Below are positions 20,104-29,184 of a stretch of 64,000 nucleotides of DNA, piece by piece. A program made the translations under genes and the position numbers. The stretch's first letter is position 1; every line of letters starts with the position of its first letter. Source of the stretch: Patescibacteria group bacterium. GTDB taxonomy: Bacteria > Patescibacteriota > Patescibacteriia > UBA9934 > GWF2-40-263. The notes beneath the pieces are model-generated. The model saw only the letters and a program-made list of their open reading frames with translations, was not told the origin of the DNA and ran no database searches. The DNA lies in NCBI GenBank assembly GCA_004297215.1, contig SCUM01000001.1, positions 612,275 through 676,274 of the forward strand. Reading direction: 5' to 3'.

Positions 20104-20718
20104 TCAGTGCGTCGGCTTCTCGCCGATGAAGCCGTCAATCCTGCCGCCACTATGATAACGCGCGGAGGCGAGGTCGTAGCGCGCCGTATGCATGAACACC
20201 TTCACGCGCAGCTCGTTCAGGAACGCCTCATCGACCTTTCTTTCCTCGATGGCGGCGATGACCCTCGGGTAATCCGCCGGATCGCACACCACGAGGCGCT
20301 TCCCTTTGGCGGCCGAGCGCAGCATGGCGGGGCCGCCGATGTCGGTCTGCTCGAGGACGTCGTCCGCCGTGGCGCCTGGCTTCGCGATCTCCGTCTCGAG
20401 CGGGTAGAGGTTCACGCACACGAGATCGATGTCCTTGATGCCCCGCTCGGCGATCTCCTCCGTGTGCTTTGGGCTGTCGCGACGCGCAAGCAGGCCGCCG
20501 TGCACCAGAGGATGGAGCGTCTTCAGGCGACCATCAAGCATCTCCGGGAAGCCGGTGTAGTCGCTCACCTCGATCACCTCGAGCCCTTCGATGCTCTTGA
20601 GGGCCTTCGCCGTCCCTCCGGTGCTCAAGAAGACATAGCCGAGCCTGGCCAGGCGTCGGGCCAGCGGCTCAAGGCCGGTCTTATCCGAGACGGAAACCAA
20701 GGCATACTTCTTTTGCAT
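20104..20718 (-). CDS. stand-alone IMP cyclohydrolase domain (PurH N-terminal MGS-like domain) protein
   Basis: KYALVSVSDKTGL...LSTGGTAKAL...DGRLKTLHPLVHGGLLARRD motifs of the PurH IMPCH domain. No AICAR transformylase domain follows; the protein ends after about 204 aa. Confidence 0.7.
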   Translation of the reverse strand: MQKKYALVSVSDKTGLEPLARRLARLGYVFLSTGGTAKALKSIEGLEVIEVSDYTGFPEMLDGRLKTLHPLVHGGLLARRDSPKHTEEIAERGIKDIDLVCVNLYPLETEIAKPGATADDVLEQTDIGGPAMLRSAAKGKRLVVCDPADYPRVIAAIEERKVDEAFLNELRVKVFMHTARYDLASARYHSGGRIDGFIGEKPTH

Positions 20719-20820
20719 GGATCTTTCTCCAGGTGAAGGTGCGTCGTCGTCCAATCTGGAACTTCCAGACGACCGCCGCAGCTTACCGGAAACCCGGAAT
20801 CCGGCAATGCGGGAGCTTGA

Positions 20821-21519
20821 CTATCTCATCGCGCGAGCGAAGACCGGCTTGTACATGTCGTCGCGCGGATCGATCCGCAGCTCTCGTTCCTGCACGCGTT
20901 CCGTGAATACGACCGGTGCCCCTTCGACGACGCACAACGGGGTCCGTTCGTTCCCCTCCCCCATCACGAAGACGGCGGCAGCCGCGAGCCCGTCCGCGAC
21001 ATTCGTCTGCGTCATTTTCAACGTTCTCCCGAAGATATCGGTCTTCCCGCGATAGTCTCGCAGCCCTTTGATGCCCGCGTAGCCCAACGTGACCCCGGTG
21101 ACGCCGGAACGCAGCGGCAATGTGCGGCTGTCCGTGATCACGACGCCGACCTGTTTCAGGCCATAGTGCTTCTTCAGGGCCTTCCGAAGCGCCTCGGCCG
21201 CGCCGAACGAGTCCTCGGGCCAGAGGATGAGCGATCCATCGGCGTTCGACTCGTCGATCCCGGCGTTGGGGCACCAGTGGCCTTCGTTCAAAGTGAGGTA
21301 ACACCACTTGGTCTTCACCCATGCGTCCGATTCGCGCTTGATGAGCCGCACTTTTTTCCCGCGACCGCTCTTTTCAACGCGACCCTGCGCGAGCGCCACG
21401 ATCTTAGACGTGACCACGAGCACGCTTTTCTCTTTTAGCTTCGGCACAAATCGAAATACGTACTCTTCCAAGGACTGGTTCGGATGAAAAATGGAGCCGC
21501 GAATGACGTTCACGATCAT
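20821..21519 (-). CDS. CofE-like (F420-0:gamma-glutamyl ligase family) protein
   Basis: VLVVTSKIVALAQGRV, WCPNAGIDESN and VVITDSRTLPLRSGVTGVTLG motifs shared with CofE/folylpolyglutamate-like ligases. Start chosen at MIVNV (21519). Confidence 0.5.
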   Translation of the reverse strand: MIVNVIRGSIFHPNQSLEEYVFRFVPKLKEKSVLVVTSKIVALAQGRVEKSGRGKKVRLIKRESDAWVKTKWCYLTLNEGHWCPNAGIDESNADGSLILWPEDSFGAAEALRKALKKHYGLKQVGVVITDSRTLPLRSGVTGVTLGYAGIKGLRDYRGKTDIFGRTLKMTQTNVADGLAAAAVFVMGEGNERTPLCVVEGAPVVFTERVQERELRIDPRDDMYKPVFARAMR

Positions 21520-21560
21520 AAAGAAAGAGGACGGGAAGGCGACGAGCCTTCCCGTCAGAA

Positions 21561-22262
21561 TTAGATGTCCTGCAAGGAACAATGTATGGCGCGAGCAAGG
21601 AAGGAGGCGATTTCCGAGGATGATACATCCGGATAAAGCAGCCGGTTTATCTCGATCTGAAGGGCGTCGACGCGTTGCCCGTTCCATTCTTTGGCGATGC
21701 TCCGGACAATCCATCCTCCACGATAGATTCCGGTAACGCCCAATCGTGAATCCGGCGAGAACACAACGCGATATCGCTCCTTAAGGACCCGAGCGACGAA
21801 CAGGTCGCTTTTTCCAGGACATGTCCTGTGTCCATCAGAGCCCAACACGAAGTCATACGTCTCCGGTCCCGGCGAGGCGATAAAACTGTGGAGGTCGACG
21901 ACGAGGCACCGGCCGTTCACGGCGACGGAGCGTCGGATAGCCTCGTGAAGATGATGATGGAACAGGTGGTACGTCGCTTCGAATCCGTCCACGAAGGGCT
22001 CCTGCCCTGGCGCGCGGTTTGCGTCCATATGAGAACGATGCAGCGCGCTCGCAATGCGGCTCGCGCTTATGCCCAATTCTGACAACTCCTTCACGCATGC
22101 GTCAGCGACCTCCCACGTCCCGACGTCGCGCGCATCCGGTCCGCATTCACGTTCCCATCGTAACGTCTCAGCGCGCTGCAGGGCACCGACGACGCGCGTG
22201 GCACCATCATGCGGCACGCTGATTACCACCGGCCCATCACCGAACGACACGTCGATGTACAT
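21561..22262 (-). CDS. N-formylglutamate amidohydrolase (FGase) family protein
   Basis: VISVPHDG motif. Start at M8: GAAGGAGG lies 4 nt upstream of the ATG at 22262. Confidence 0.6.
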   Translation of the reverse strand: MYIDVSFGDGPVVISVPHDGATRVVGALQRAETLRWERECGPDARDVGTWEVADACVKELSELGISASRIASALHRSHMDANRAPGQEPFVDGFEATYHLFHHHLHEAIRRSVAVNGRCLVVDLHSFIASPGPETYDFVLGSDGHRTCPGKSDLFVARVLKERYRVVFSPDSRLGVTGIYRGGWIVRSIAKEWNGQRVDALQIEINRLLYPDVSSSEIASFLARAIHCSLQDI

Positions 22263-22292
22263 GAAGCCTCCTTCAATTTGCAAACAAAAACG

Positions 22293-22325
22293 CAGAGGAA
22301 ACGGAAATCCTCTGCGTTCAAACGC
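22293..22325 (-). terminator. minus-strand terminator-like hairpin (CGCAGAGGA-tttccgttt-CCTCTGCG plus T-run)
   Basis: Strong 9-bp GC stem followed by TTTTTGTTTG on the minus strand. Confidence 0.45.
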
Positions 22326-22526
22326 TCAGATGAAGCTGGACCAGGTTTGCATCCGATGCGTGAGAATCATATCGGAGAGGAATATACGGGAGGCGATGAA
22401 AAGAAGCAAGAAATAGGTTGCCCAACGCGGATCCTTCGTCAGCCGTTCAGTCTCAGGATGACAAGGCTGTCTGCTATGGACGGCGCTTGCCCCCGGCTCC
22501 CCCGCCCTCCATAATGAACCCGACCT

Positions 22527-23561
22527 ATGATCGAACGTGACGAACCTCTCCCCGACGAACGTACCGTCTCCCCCGCCGAACAGGCGCCGGAGCGGGAGTT
22601 TGAGGTGGGGTTGCGTCCGCAAAGGCTCGACGATTTCGTGGGCCAAGCGTCAGTAAAAGACAATCTCTCGGTGCTTCTGGAAGCCGCGAAAGGCCGCGGA
22701 GAGCCGGTCGAGCATGTGCTCCTCTATGGCAACCCGGGCCTGGGCAAGACCACGCTCGCGCACGTGATCGCAAACGAGATGGGGGCGCAGGTGAAGGTGA
22801 CGAGCGGACCGGCGCTTGAGCGCGTGGGCGACCTTGCGGCCATCCTTTCCAACCTCGGCCGCGGCGACGTGCTGTTCATCGATGAGATCCATCGGATGAA
22901 CAAGACGATCGAGGAGGTGCTCTACCCGGCCATGGAGGATTTCGCGCTCGATCTCGTGGTCGGCAAGGGCCCCACCGCGCGCACGCTGCGGCTCAACCTG
23001 GAACCGTTCACCATCATCGGGGCCACCACGCGGCTTTCCATGCTCTCGTCCCCGCTGCGCGACCGCTTTGGCGCCACGTTCCACCTCAACTTCTACGAGG
23101 AATCCGACCTTGCCTCGATCCTTACTCGCAGCGCGCGGATCCTCAAAGTCGACGCCGACGCCGCCGCCGTGGCTCTGCTCTCGCAGCGCTCCCGCCGCAC
23201 CCCGCGCGTGGCGAATCGCCTGCTCAAGCGCGTGCGCGACTTCGCCCAGGTGCGCGGCACGGGCCAGGTCGACGAGGCGGCGACGCACGCCGCGCTCGCC
23301 ATGCTCGACATCGATGCCTTGGGCCTCGACCGCGTGGACCGGCACCTCCTTTCCGTCATCGCGGAAAAGTTCCGCGGCGGTCCGGTAGGCCTTGGCACCC
23401 TCGCGGCCGCCACCCAGGAGGAGGCCGATACCATCGAGGACGTGCATGAGCCGTACCTGATCCAGCTGGGCATGCTCGAGCGCACCCCGCGAGGCCGTAT
23501 GGCCACGGAGCATGCCTACCGACACCTCGGGCATCCGGTTCCAGAACAGCGGATGCTATAA
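22527..23561 (+). CDS. ruvB: Holliday junction branch-migration helicase RuvB
   Basis: [11 protein letters not shown]...[14 protein letters not shown] Walker A, DEIHR Walker B/sensor, C-terminal winged helix. 344 aa. Confidence 0.9.
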   Translation: MIERDEPLPDERTVSPAEQAPEREFEVGLRPQRLDDFVGQASVKDNLSVLLEAAKGRGEPVEHVLLYGNPGLGKTTLAHVIANEMGAQVKVTSGPALERVGDLAAILSNLGRGDVLFIDEIHRMNKTIEEVLYPAMEDFALDLVVGKGPTARTLRLNLEPFTIIGATTRLSMLSSPLRDRFGATFHLNFYEESDLASILTRSARILKVDADAAAVALLSQRSRRTPRVANRLLKRVRDFAQVRGTGQVDEAATHAALAMLDIDALGLDRVDRHLLSVIAEKFRGGPVGLGTLAAATQEEADTIEDVHEPYLIQLGMLERTPRGRMATEHAYRHLGHPVPEQRML

Positions 23562-23612
23562 TCCGTCATACCTGAAGCCTGAGGCCTTGTCCGCCTGAAG
23601 CCTAACGCCTCT

Positions 23613-23870
23613 ATGCCCATCGCCATCCTCCTCATCCTTTACGCCCTGTTCGTCGTCTTTTTCGTCGTGTACGGAGGCTTCACCTGGTATCACTTGAGCC
23701 GCTTCGGGGTGGCGCACGGGCACCTTGTCGCCATGCAAGCGGTTTTCCTGGTGGGTTCCATTGCCCTGCTTGGCGCTTCCGCCCTTGCCATCCTGTCGTA
23801 TGACTGGACTGCGACCGTCACGACCGACGATCTCGATCGCCTGATCGGCTCCATCTTCCAGACCGTATGA
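23613..23870 (+). CDS. small membrane protein (2 TM), unknown function
   Basis: 85 aa, two hydrophobic helices. Translationally coupled (ATGA) to the next gene. Confidence 0.5.
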   Translation: MPIAILLILYALFVVFFVVYGGFTWYHLSRFGVAHGHLVAMQAVFLVGSIALLGASALAILSYDWTATVTTDDLDRLIGSIFQTV

Positions 23871-24427
23871 TGCGCCTCGACCAACTTCCCAATCAGCAGG
23901 AGGGCGAGAAGGCCGCCCTGTTCCTGCATCGGCATTGGCTTACGCTCGTCTCGATCGCCGCCGTGTTCGGCTTGCTCACGCTGCTCCCGCTCGCCATCGC
24001 CGTTGAGTTCGCCGATGCCCTCGCGACCTTCTTGTCGGACCCGATCCTCGGCCCGCTGCTCACGGTGGTCATGTCCATCTACTATCTCGGCGTGTGGCTG
24101 GTGACCTTCTTCGAATACGCCGACTACGAGCTCGACATCTGGATCGTCACCAACGAACGCATCATCGACGTGGAACAGAAAGGGCTGTTCAACCGCGTGG
24201 CCTCGGAGCTGCACCTCGCGAACATCCAGGACGTGACGACCGAGGTGAAGGGCATGCTGGCCACCTTCCTCGATTACGGCGACGTGTACGTGCAGACCGC
24301 CGGCCAGAAGGACCGGTTCATCTTCAAGCACGTCCCGCACCCGAACAAGGTGAAGGAAACCATCATCGAGCTTTCCGACGCCGACAAGCGCCGCCATGGC
24401 GTAGGCAACGCCGCGCACGCGGTCTGA
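23867..24427 (+). CDS. membrane protein with bacterial PH-like (bPH_2 / YdbT-like) domain
   Basis: Two N-terminal TM helices, then a YDLDIWIVTNERIIDVEQKGLFNR...YGDVYVQTAG bPH-like region. Confidence 0.5.
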   Translation: MMRLDQLPNQQEGEKAALFLHRHWLTLVSIAAVFGLLTLLPLAIAVEFADALATFLSDPILGPLLTVVMSIYYLGVWLVTFFEYADYELDIWIVTNERIIDVEQKGLFNRVASELHLANIQDVTTEVKGMLATFLDYGDVYVQTAGQKDRFIFKHVPHPNKVKETIIELSDADKRRHGVGNAAHAV

Positions 24428-24434
24428 CAATGAG

Positions 24435-24458
24435 AAAGCCGGCCTGATGGCCGGCTTT
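24435..24458. terminator. bidirectional terminator (AAAGCCGGCC-tgat-GGCCGGCTTT)
   Basis: Perfect palindrome between convergent genes. Confidence 0.65.
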
Positions 24459-24463
24459 GACTT

Positions 24464-24503
24464 GAGATTGCTTCGTCGGCTGAGGCCTCCTCGCAATGAC
24501 AGA
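24464..24503 (+). repeat. 40-bp repeat, copy A (GAGATTGCTTCGTCGGCTGAGGCCTCCTCGCAATGACAGA), intergenic
   Basis: Matches the reverse complement of 28504-28543 at 39/40 positions. Confidence 0.8.
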
Positions 24504-24525
24504 GAGGACCGGTTTTCGTTTCTCC

Positions 24526-26406
24526 TTATTGCCACCGCTTCGTGATCCCGACGTCCGTGTAGAAGTAATGGAGGATCTGCTCCCAGCCCTGGCCGCGGTT
24601 GGCCATGCACAGCGCCTCGGTGGCGCTCATGCCGATGCCGTGGCCCCAGAGCCTGTAGCCTTTTTCCTTGTCGCACGGGCAGGCCACCCCTTTCACCCAC
24701 GGCACGTCGCCGCCCCACACTTCGCCCCAGTCGTACGTCTTCCCGGCCGAGCGGGAGAAGTACGGGGTGATGGCGGTGCGGCCTTCGTAGGTGACCGTGC
24801 GGCCGCGCGTTTCCTCGACGCTCGCGACGATGCGCGGCGAGGCGGCCTCCTGGTCGTAGCCGCGATACACCTGGTCGTCGGCGTAGCCGGTGATGTGGAA
24901 GAACTCGGGCCCGCGCTTGGTGCCGCGCTCGAAGTGGTAGGTGGCATACGTGCGCGCCGCGGTGATGAGCGCCTTCTGGTATTCCATGTGACTGACGTTG
25001 CTCGTCTCGCCCAGCCCCTTGAGGTACCACTCCATCGGCAGCTCGTTGATGAGCCAGGCGCGGCTCTTCGTGTCGTTATAATGGAGCTCGAGCACGTTGC
25101 GGTAGCGGTTATACGGGCGGTCGGCCCCACGGTTGCGACGGTCCCAGTTCTCGACCGTGCAGATGCCGTTTGGCTCGTCCGGGACGAAGCGCAGGAAGGC
25201 CGGCGTCTTCTCGAACCCGTTGCCGCGGTCGAACCAGTAGCGGCTCTGCTTATAGAGCGCGGTGACCGCCTTGCGCGCCGGAAGCTCGGCGAGCAGCGAC
25301 CCGTCGCCGCCCATCAGCTTCCAGGAGGTCTCGCAGCTCACCTTCACCTGGTTGTCCGTCTCGCCGTCCACGATGAGGATGCCCACGCGCAGCATGGGCT
25401 CTTGCATGTCGAAACGCTCCGAGGGCGAGGGGGCCGGCAGGTCGTCGCGCATCGGGGAATTGAACGCGTCCGGAGCGTTTTGGGTGACTTCCACCGGGAT
25501 GTCCACCGTGAAATCCGGCACCACCTGCTCGTCCACGGCAAGCGCGTATTTCACCGTGTGGGCGCCCTGCGCCTTCGGGGCGTTGAACGTGAATTCGAAA
25601 TACTCGAGCCCGCCCGGCGCCACGTCGGTCCCGACGTTCGCGACCAGCACGGACGAGGAAAGCCAGCTGCGGTGCTGCGTCTCGTTGCGGACGCTCGCGA
25701 TCGCGAAATCCGGCGTGCGTAATTCGCGCTTGCGCCAGACAGCCGTGCCGGTGTTCTTGATCCCGACCTTGTACGCGACCGGATCCCCGCCCTTCGCGAC
25801 GACCTTCTTCTGTGAGCGGATGAGGGTGAGGGCGGAGAGGCCCGTGGGGGGCTGGGTGATTGAGGTTGTTGAGGTGGGAGAGGTCTGGACTGGGGGCTGG
25901 GGGCTGGGGGCTTTTGCCGGCTCGGCCACGACGATGTTGACCGTAAACAGGCCGCCTGGAATCCAGGCGACATCTTCTGCGGCCAGGTTGAAGGTCTCGG
26001 CATACGTGCCAACGGCCTTCGGGGCCTTCAGGTTGAACGAAATGGTACCCGTCTCTCCTGCGCGAGCCGCCTGCTCCTTCATCACGGCCGGTTGGATGGG
26101 ATTTTTCCACGAGGCATCCTGGAAAATGCTCGTGCGGTACTTCGGTCCGTACGTGTACACCGACACGTAGGCCGGACCGGAGTTGGCCCAAGCCGCCGTG
26201 CCGATATTCTTGAAGGAAATGGTGTATGCCTTGGTCTCCCCGGGCGCCATCACGAGCTTGCCGGAACCGGAACTGGAGATTTGCAGCGCCTCGTACCCCT
26301 TGAGCGGGGCGGCAAGCACGGAGGCCGGAGCTGCAAGAAGCACGAACGCCGCCACGAGCATGGCGGCGACGATCCGATGGGGTTTTCGCAAAGAAATTCC
26401 CTCCAT
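24526..26406 (-). CDS. SpoIID/LytB-domain protein with two N-terminal Ig-like repeat domains
   Basis: Signal peptide. Two ~110-aa repeats (TISFKNIGTAAWANSGPAYVSVYTYGP / YKVGIKNTGTAVWRKRELRTPDFAIASV). C-terminal SpoIID/LytB region (LHYNDTKSRAWLINELPMEWYLKGLGE...TYEGRTAITPYFSRSAG). Confidence 0.7.
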   Translation of the reverse strand: MEGISLRKPHRIVAAMLVAAFVLLAAPASVLAAPLKGYEALQISSSGSGKLVMAPGETKAYTISFKNIGTAAWANSGPAYVSVYTYGPKYRTSIFQDASWKNPIQPAVMKEQAARAGETGTISFNLKAPKAVGTYAETFNLAAEDVAWIPGGLFTVNIVVAEPAKAPSPQPPVQTSPTSTTSITQPPTGLSALTLIRSQKKVVAKGGDPVAYKVGIKNTGTAVWRKRELRTPDFAIASVRNETQHRSWLSSSVLVANVGTDVAPGGLEYFEFTFNAPKAQGAHTVKYALAVDEQVVPDFTVDIPVEVTQNAPDAFNSPMRDDLPAPSPSERFDMQEPMLRVGILIVDGETDNQVKVSCETSWKLMGGDGSLLAELPARKAVTALYKQSRYWFDRGNGFEKTPAFLRFVPDEPNGICTVENWDRRNRGADRPYNRYRNVLELHYNDTKSRAWLINELPMEWYLKGLGETSNVSHMEYQKALITAARTYATYHFERGTKRGPEFFHITGYADDQVYRGYDQEAASPRIVASVEETRGRTVTYEGRTAITPYFSRSAGKTYDWGEVWGGDVPWVKGVACPCDKEKGYRLWGHGIGMSATEALCMANRGQGWEQILHYFYTDVGITKRWQ

Positions 26407-26475
26407 AATTCGCCACTATCGTATCCGTTTTCCACGCTTCCGTCAACGACGGTTCATGCTACTATACCCGCGCAT

Positions 26476-27909
26476 ATGCCGACGGGTCACGGGCTCAGCA
26501 AAAATTTCGCTCTCCAGGCGGCCGGCAAGGCCGTTTCGGTCGTTTTGGGGCTCGTGATGATCGGGATCCTCACCCGCGCGCTCGGGCCGGAGGGCTATGG
26601 GGCGTTCACCACCGCTTCCACCTATTTGCAGTTTTTCGGGGTCATCGTGGATTTCGGGTTGACCCTCACGCTCCTTGTAATGATCTCCGAGAGCGGCGCG
26701 GATGAGGCCAAGGTCGCCGGCAACGTGCTCGGGCTACGGCTGTTCTCGGCCGCCATCCTGTTCGCGCTCGCCCCGCTCATCGCCCTCCCCATCCCGTGGG
26801 ACGCCACCGTGAAGGCGGCGATCGCCGTGGGCGCGCTCGCCTATTTCTTCATGGCCGGTTCGACGATGCTTGTCGGGGTGTACCAGAAGCATTCGGTAAT
26901 CTGGCGCGCATCGATCGCGGAAGTGGCGAGCCGCGTGGTGCTCGTGGCGCTCACGGCCCTGCTCGCCTGGTTGGGTGCCGGACTCACGGCCATGTTCGCT
27001 GCGCTCGTCATCGCGAACGTGCTGTGGCTCGCGCTTTCCATCGGCCTTGCGCGGCCGTTCGTGCGCCTGCGCCCGCTCATGGACCTCGCCGTGTGGAAAT
27101 CCACGCTCGCGCGCAGCTGGCCCATCGCGCTTTCCATCCTGTTCAACCTGGTGTATCTGAAGGGCGACGTGCTCATCCTCTCGCTCATCCGCAGCCAGGA
27201 AGAAGTGGGTTTCTACGGGGTCGCCTATCGCTTTCTCGACGTGTTCACGGCCGTCCCCACCATGTTCATGGGACTCCTGCTCCCCTCCTTGGTCACGGAC
27301 TGGACCGCCGGACGTCGGGAGGAATTCGGCCGTCACGTGAATCGGACGTTCGACCTGTTCGCGCTCGCCATCGCCCCGATGGCGGCCGGCGGCATCGCCA
27401 TCGCCCCTTCGCTCATCGCGCTGGTGGCCGGATCCGGCTTCGATGCGGCCGCGCCGGCGCTTGCCGTTCTCATGCTCGCCACGCCGGGCATCTTCCTGGG
27501 CGCCCTGTACGGCCATGCGGTCGTCGGGATCGGCAAACAACGCGCCATGGTATGGGGCTATGCCGCCACGGCCGCCCTCACGACGATCGCCTACCTCTAC
27601 CTGATCCCGCGCTGGGGGATCCTCGGCGCCGCCTGGGCAACCGTCGTCTCGGAAACGTTCATGCTCGCGCTCACCTTTTGGATGGTGATGCGCACGAGCG
27701 GCGCGCGTCCACGCCTTGTCGTTGCGACGAAAGCGGTCGCCGCGTCCATGGCCATGTATGCGTTGTTGAAATGGCTCCCGCCCATGGGAGCGCTCCCGTC
27801 CATCGCCGTGGGTGCCGCAAGCTACGCCGTCTTGGCCCTCGCGCTGCGCGCCGTGACGCTCGCGGACCTGCGCGCGCTCATCCCGCACCGATCGCCCGAC
27901 CTGCGCTGA
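26476..27909 (+). CDS. polysaccharide/O-unit flippase (Wzx-like MOP/MATE superfamily)
   Basis: About 477 aa with 12-14 TM helices. ISESGADEAKVAGNVLGLRL and SWPIALSILFNLVYLKGDVLILS regions typical of the oligosaccharide flippase family. ATG at 26476. Confidence 0.7.
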   Translation: MPTGHGLSKNFALQAAGKAVSVVLGLVMIGILTRALGPEGYGAFTTASTYLQFFGVIVDFGLTLTLLVMISESGADEAKVAGNVLGLRLFSAAILFALAPLIALPIPWDATVKAAIAVGALAYFFMAGSTMLVGVYQKHSVIWRASIAEVASRVVLVALTALLAWLGAGLTAMFAALVIANVLWLALSIGLARPFVRLRPLMDLAVWKSTLARSWPIALSILFNLVYLKGDVLILSLIRSQEEVGFYGVAYRFLDVFTAVPTMFMGLLLPSLVTDWTAGRREEFGRHVNRTFDLFALAIAPMAAGGIAIAPSLIALVAGSGFDAAAPALAVLMLATPGIFLGALYGHAVVGIGKQRAMVWGYAATAALTTIAYLYLIPRWGILGAAWATVVSETFMLALTFWMVMRTSGARPRLVVATKAVAASMAMYALLKWLPPMGALPSIAVGAASYAVLALALRAVTLADLRALIPHRSPDLR

Positions 27910-27912
27910 CGT

Positions 27913-29181
27913 ATGTATTTCCTCCTTCTCGGAGCGGCCTGCGGCTTGTTCGCCTTCGTCGCCTGGCGCGACCTGAAAGGCGGCGTCCTGCTGCTCGTCG
28001 CCGCGCTTCCCGCGTACCTGCTGCGCATCCAGGTCGGACCTGTCCCGTCGACGCTGCTCGAGCTTCTCTTCGGACTCTTGTTCGTCGTGTTCGCCCTTAC
28101 GCGACGTGACCTGGTGCGCGCCTGGCTCGTCGAGCGTCGCGCCTGGCAATCGTGGTACGTCCCATTGGCGCTCCTCATCCTCGCCGCCGGCGTAGGCATG
28201 GCCGCGTCGCCCGTGATGCTGTCCGCGCTGGGGCTGCTCAAGGCATACGTCATCGAACCCATCCTCCTGTTCCTCATCGTGCGCGACCTGTTCGTGACGG
28301 AAACCGACAGGATGCGCCTCCTCCAAGCCCTCGCCGTCGGCGGCGCGTTCGCGGCGCTCGTCGGCATCGCGCAATACGCGCTTAACGCCGGCATCCCCGC
28401 GCCTTGGGACATCGAGCGACGCGTGACCGGCCCGTTCCCCTACCCGAACGCGCTCGGGCTGTATCTTGCTCCAATCATCACGATCGCTGGGGTGTTCCTT
28501 CTATCTGTCTTTGCGAGGAGGCCTCAGCCGACGAAGCAATCTCCCGTCACGATATGGTTCTGGTCCGTCATTCTCCTACTTTGCTCTGTCGCCATCTTCC
28601 TTTCGCAAACCGAAGCGGCATGGGTAAGCATCCCGCCAGTCCTGTTCCTGGCCGCCCTGCGCGAAAAGCGCTTGCGTGTTCCGACACTAAGTGTCGGCGC
28701 GGCCTTGATGTTATTGGTTTTCGCCATCCCGGCCGGCCGACACTTCGTGTCGACCAAGCTCCTGCTCCAAGACGCTTCCGGCCAGGTGCGCATCGCCCAG
28801 TGGCAGGAGACCATCGCGTTCTTGAAGGACGGGCATTGGCTGCTTGGCGCCGGGCTCGCGGGCTATCCGGGCGCCATCGAGCCGTATCACACGCATCCGG
28901 AGTATGAGATCTTCCAGGATCCGCACAACGTGATCCTCAACGTCTGGGTCGAGCTCGGCCTGCTCGGACTCATCGGCACTGCCCTGCTCGCATGGCAGGT
29001 CGTCCGGACCCCCAAGCGCGACTGGGTGGCGCTCGCCGCGTCGTTCGCCTTGCTGCAGATGCTCATCCACGGCCTGGTGGACGTCCCGTTCTTCAAGAAC
29101 GACCTCGCGATGATGACCTTCGTCTTGCTCGCGCTCGTTGCCGCGCAAAAGAAAATGCGCTCGGAGGATCCGGGCGCGTGA
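27913..29181 (+). CDS. O-antigen ligase/polymerase-like (Wzy_C domain) membrane protein
   Basis: Polytopic; periplasmic loop with QTEAAW...HNVILNVWVELGLLG (O-antigen ligase signature region). Confidence 0.65.
   Translation: MYFLLLGAACGLFAFVAWRDLKGGVLLLVAALPAYLLRIQVGPVPSTLLELLFGLLFVVFALTRRDLVRAWLVERRAWQSWYVPLALLILAAGVGMAASPVMLSALGLLKAYVIEPILLFLIVRDLFVTETDRMRLLQALAVGGAFAALVGIAQYALNAGIPAPWDIERRVTGPFPYPNALGLYLAPIITIAGVFLLSVFARRPQPTKQSPVTIWFWSVILLLCSVAIFLSQTEAAWVSIPPVLFLAALREKRLRVPTLSVGAALMLLVFAIPAGRHFVSTKLLLQDASGQVRIAQWQETIAFLKDGHWLLGAGLAGYPGAIEPYHTHPEYEIFQDPHNVILNVWVELGLLGLIGTALLAWQVVRTPKRDWVALAASFALLQMLIHGLVDVPFFKNDLAMMTFVLLALVAAQKKMRSEDPGA
28504..28543 (-). repeat. 40-bp repeat, copy B (inverted), inside O-antigen ligase CDS
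   Basis: Reverse complement GAGATTGCTTCGTCGGCTGAGGCCTCCTCGCAAAGACAGA; 39/40 identical to copy A. Confidence 0.8.
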
Positions 29182-29184
29182 GGA

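Noticed and set aside
20821-21714. 297-aa version of the CofE-like gene starting at MDCPEH
   Set aside because: It would overlap the 3' end of the FGase-like gene by about 150 nt. The conserved region begins near MIVNV (21519).
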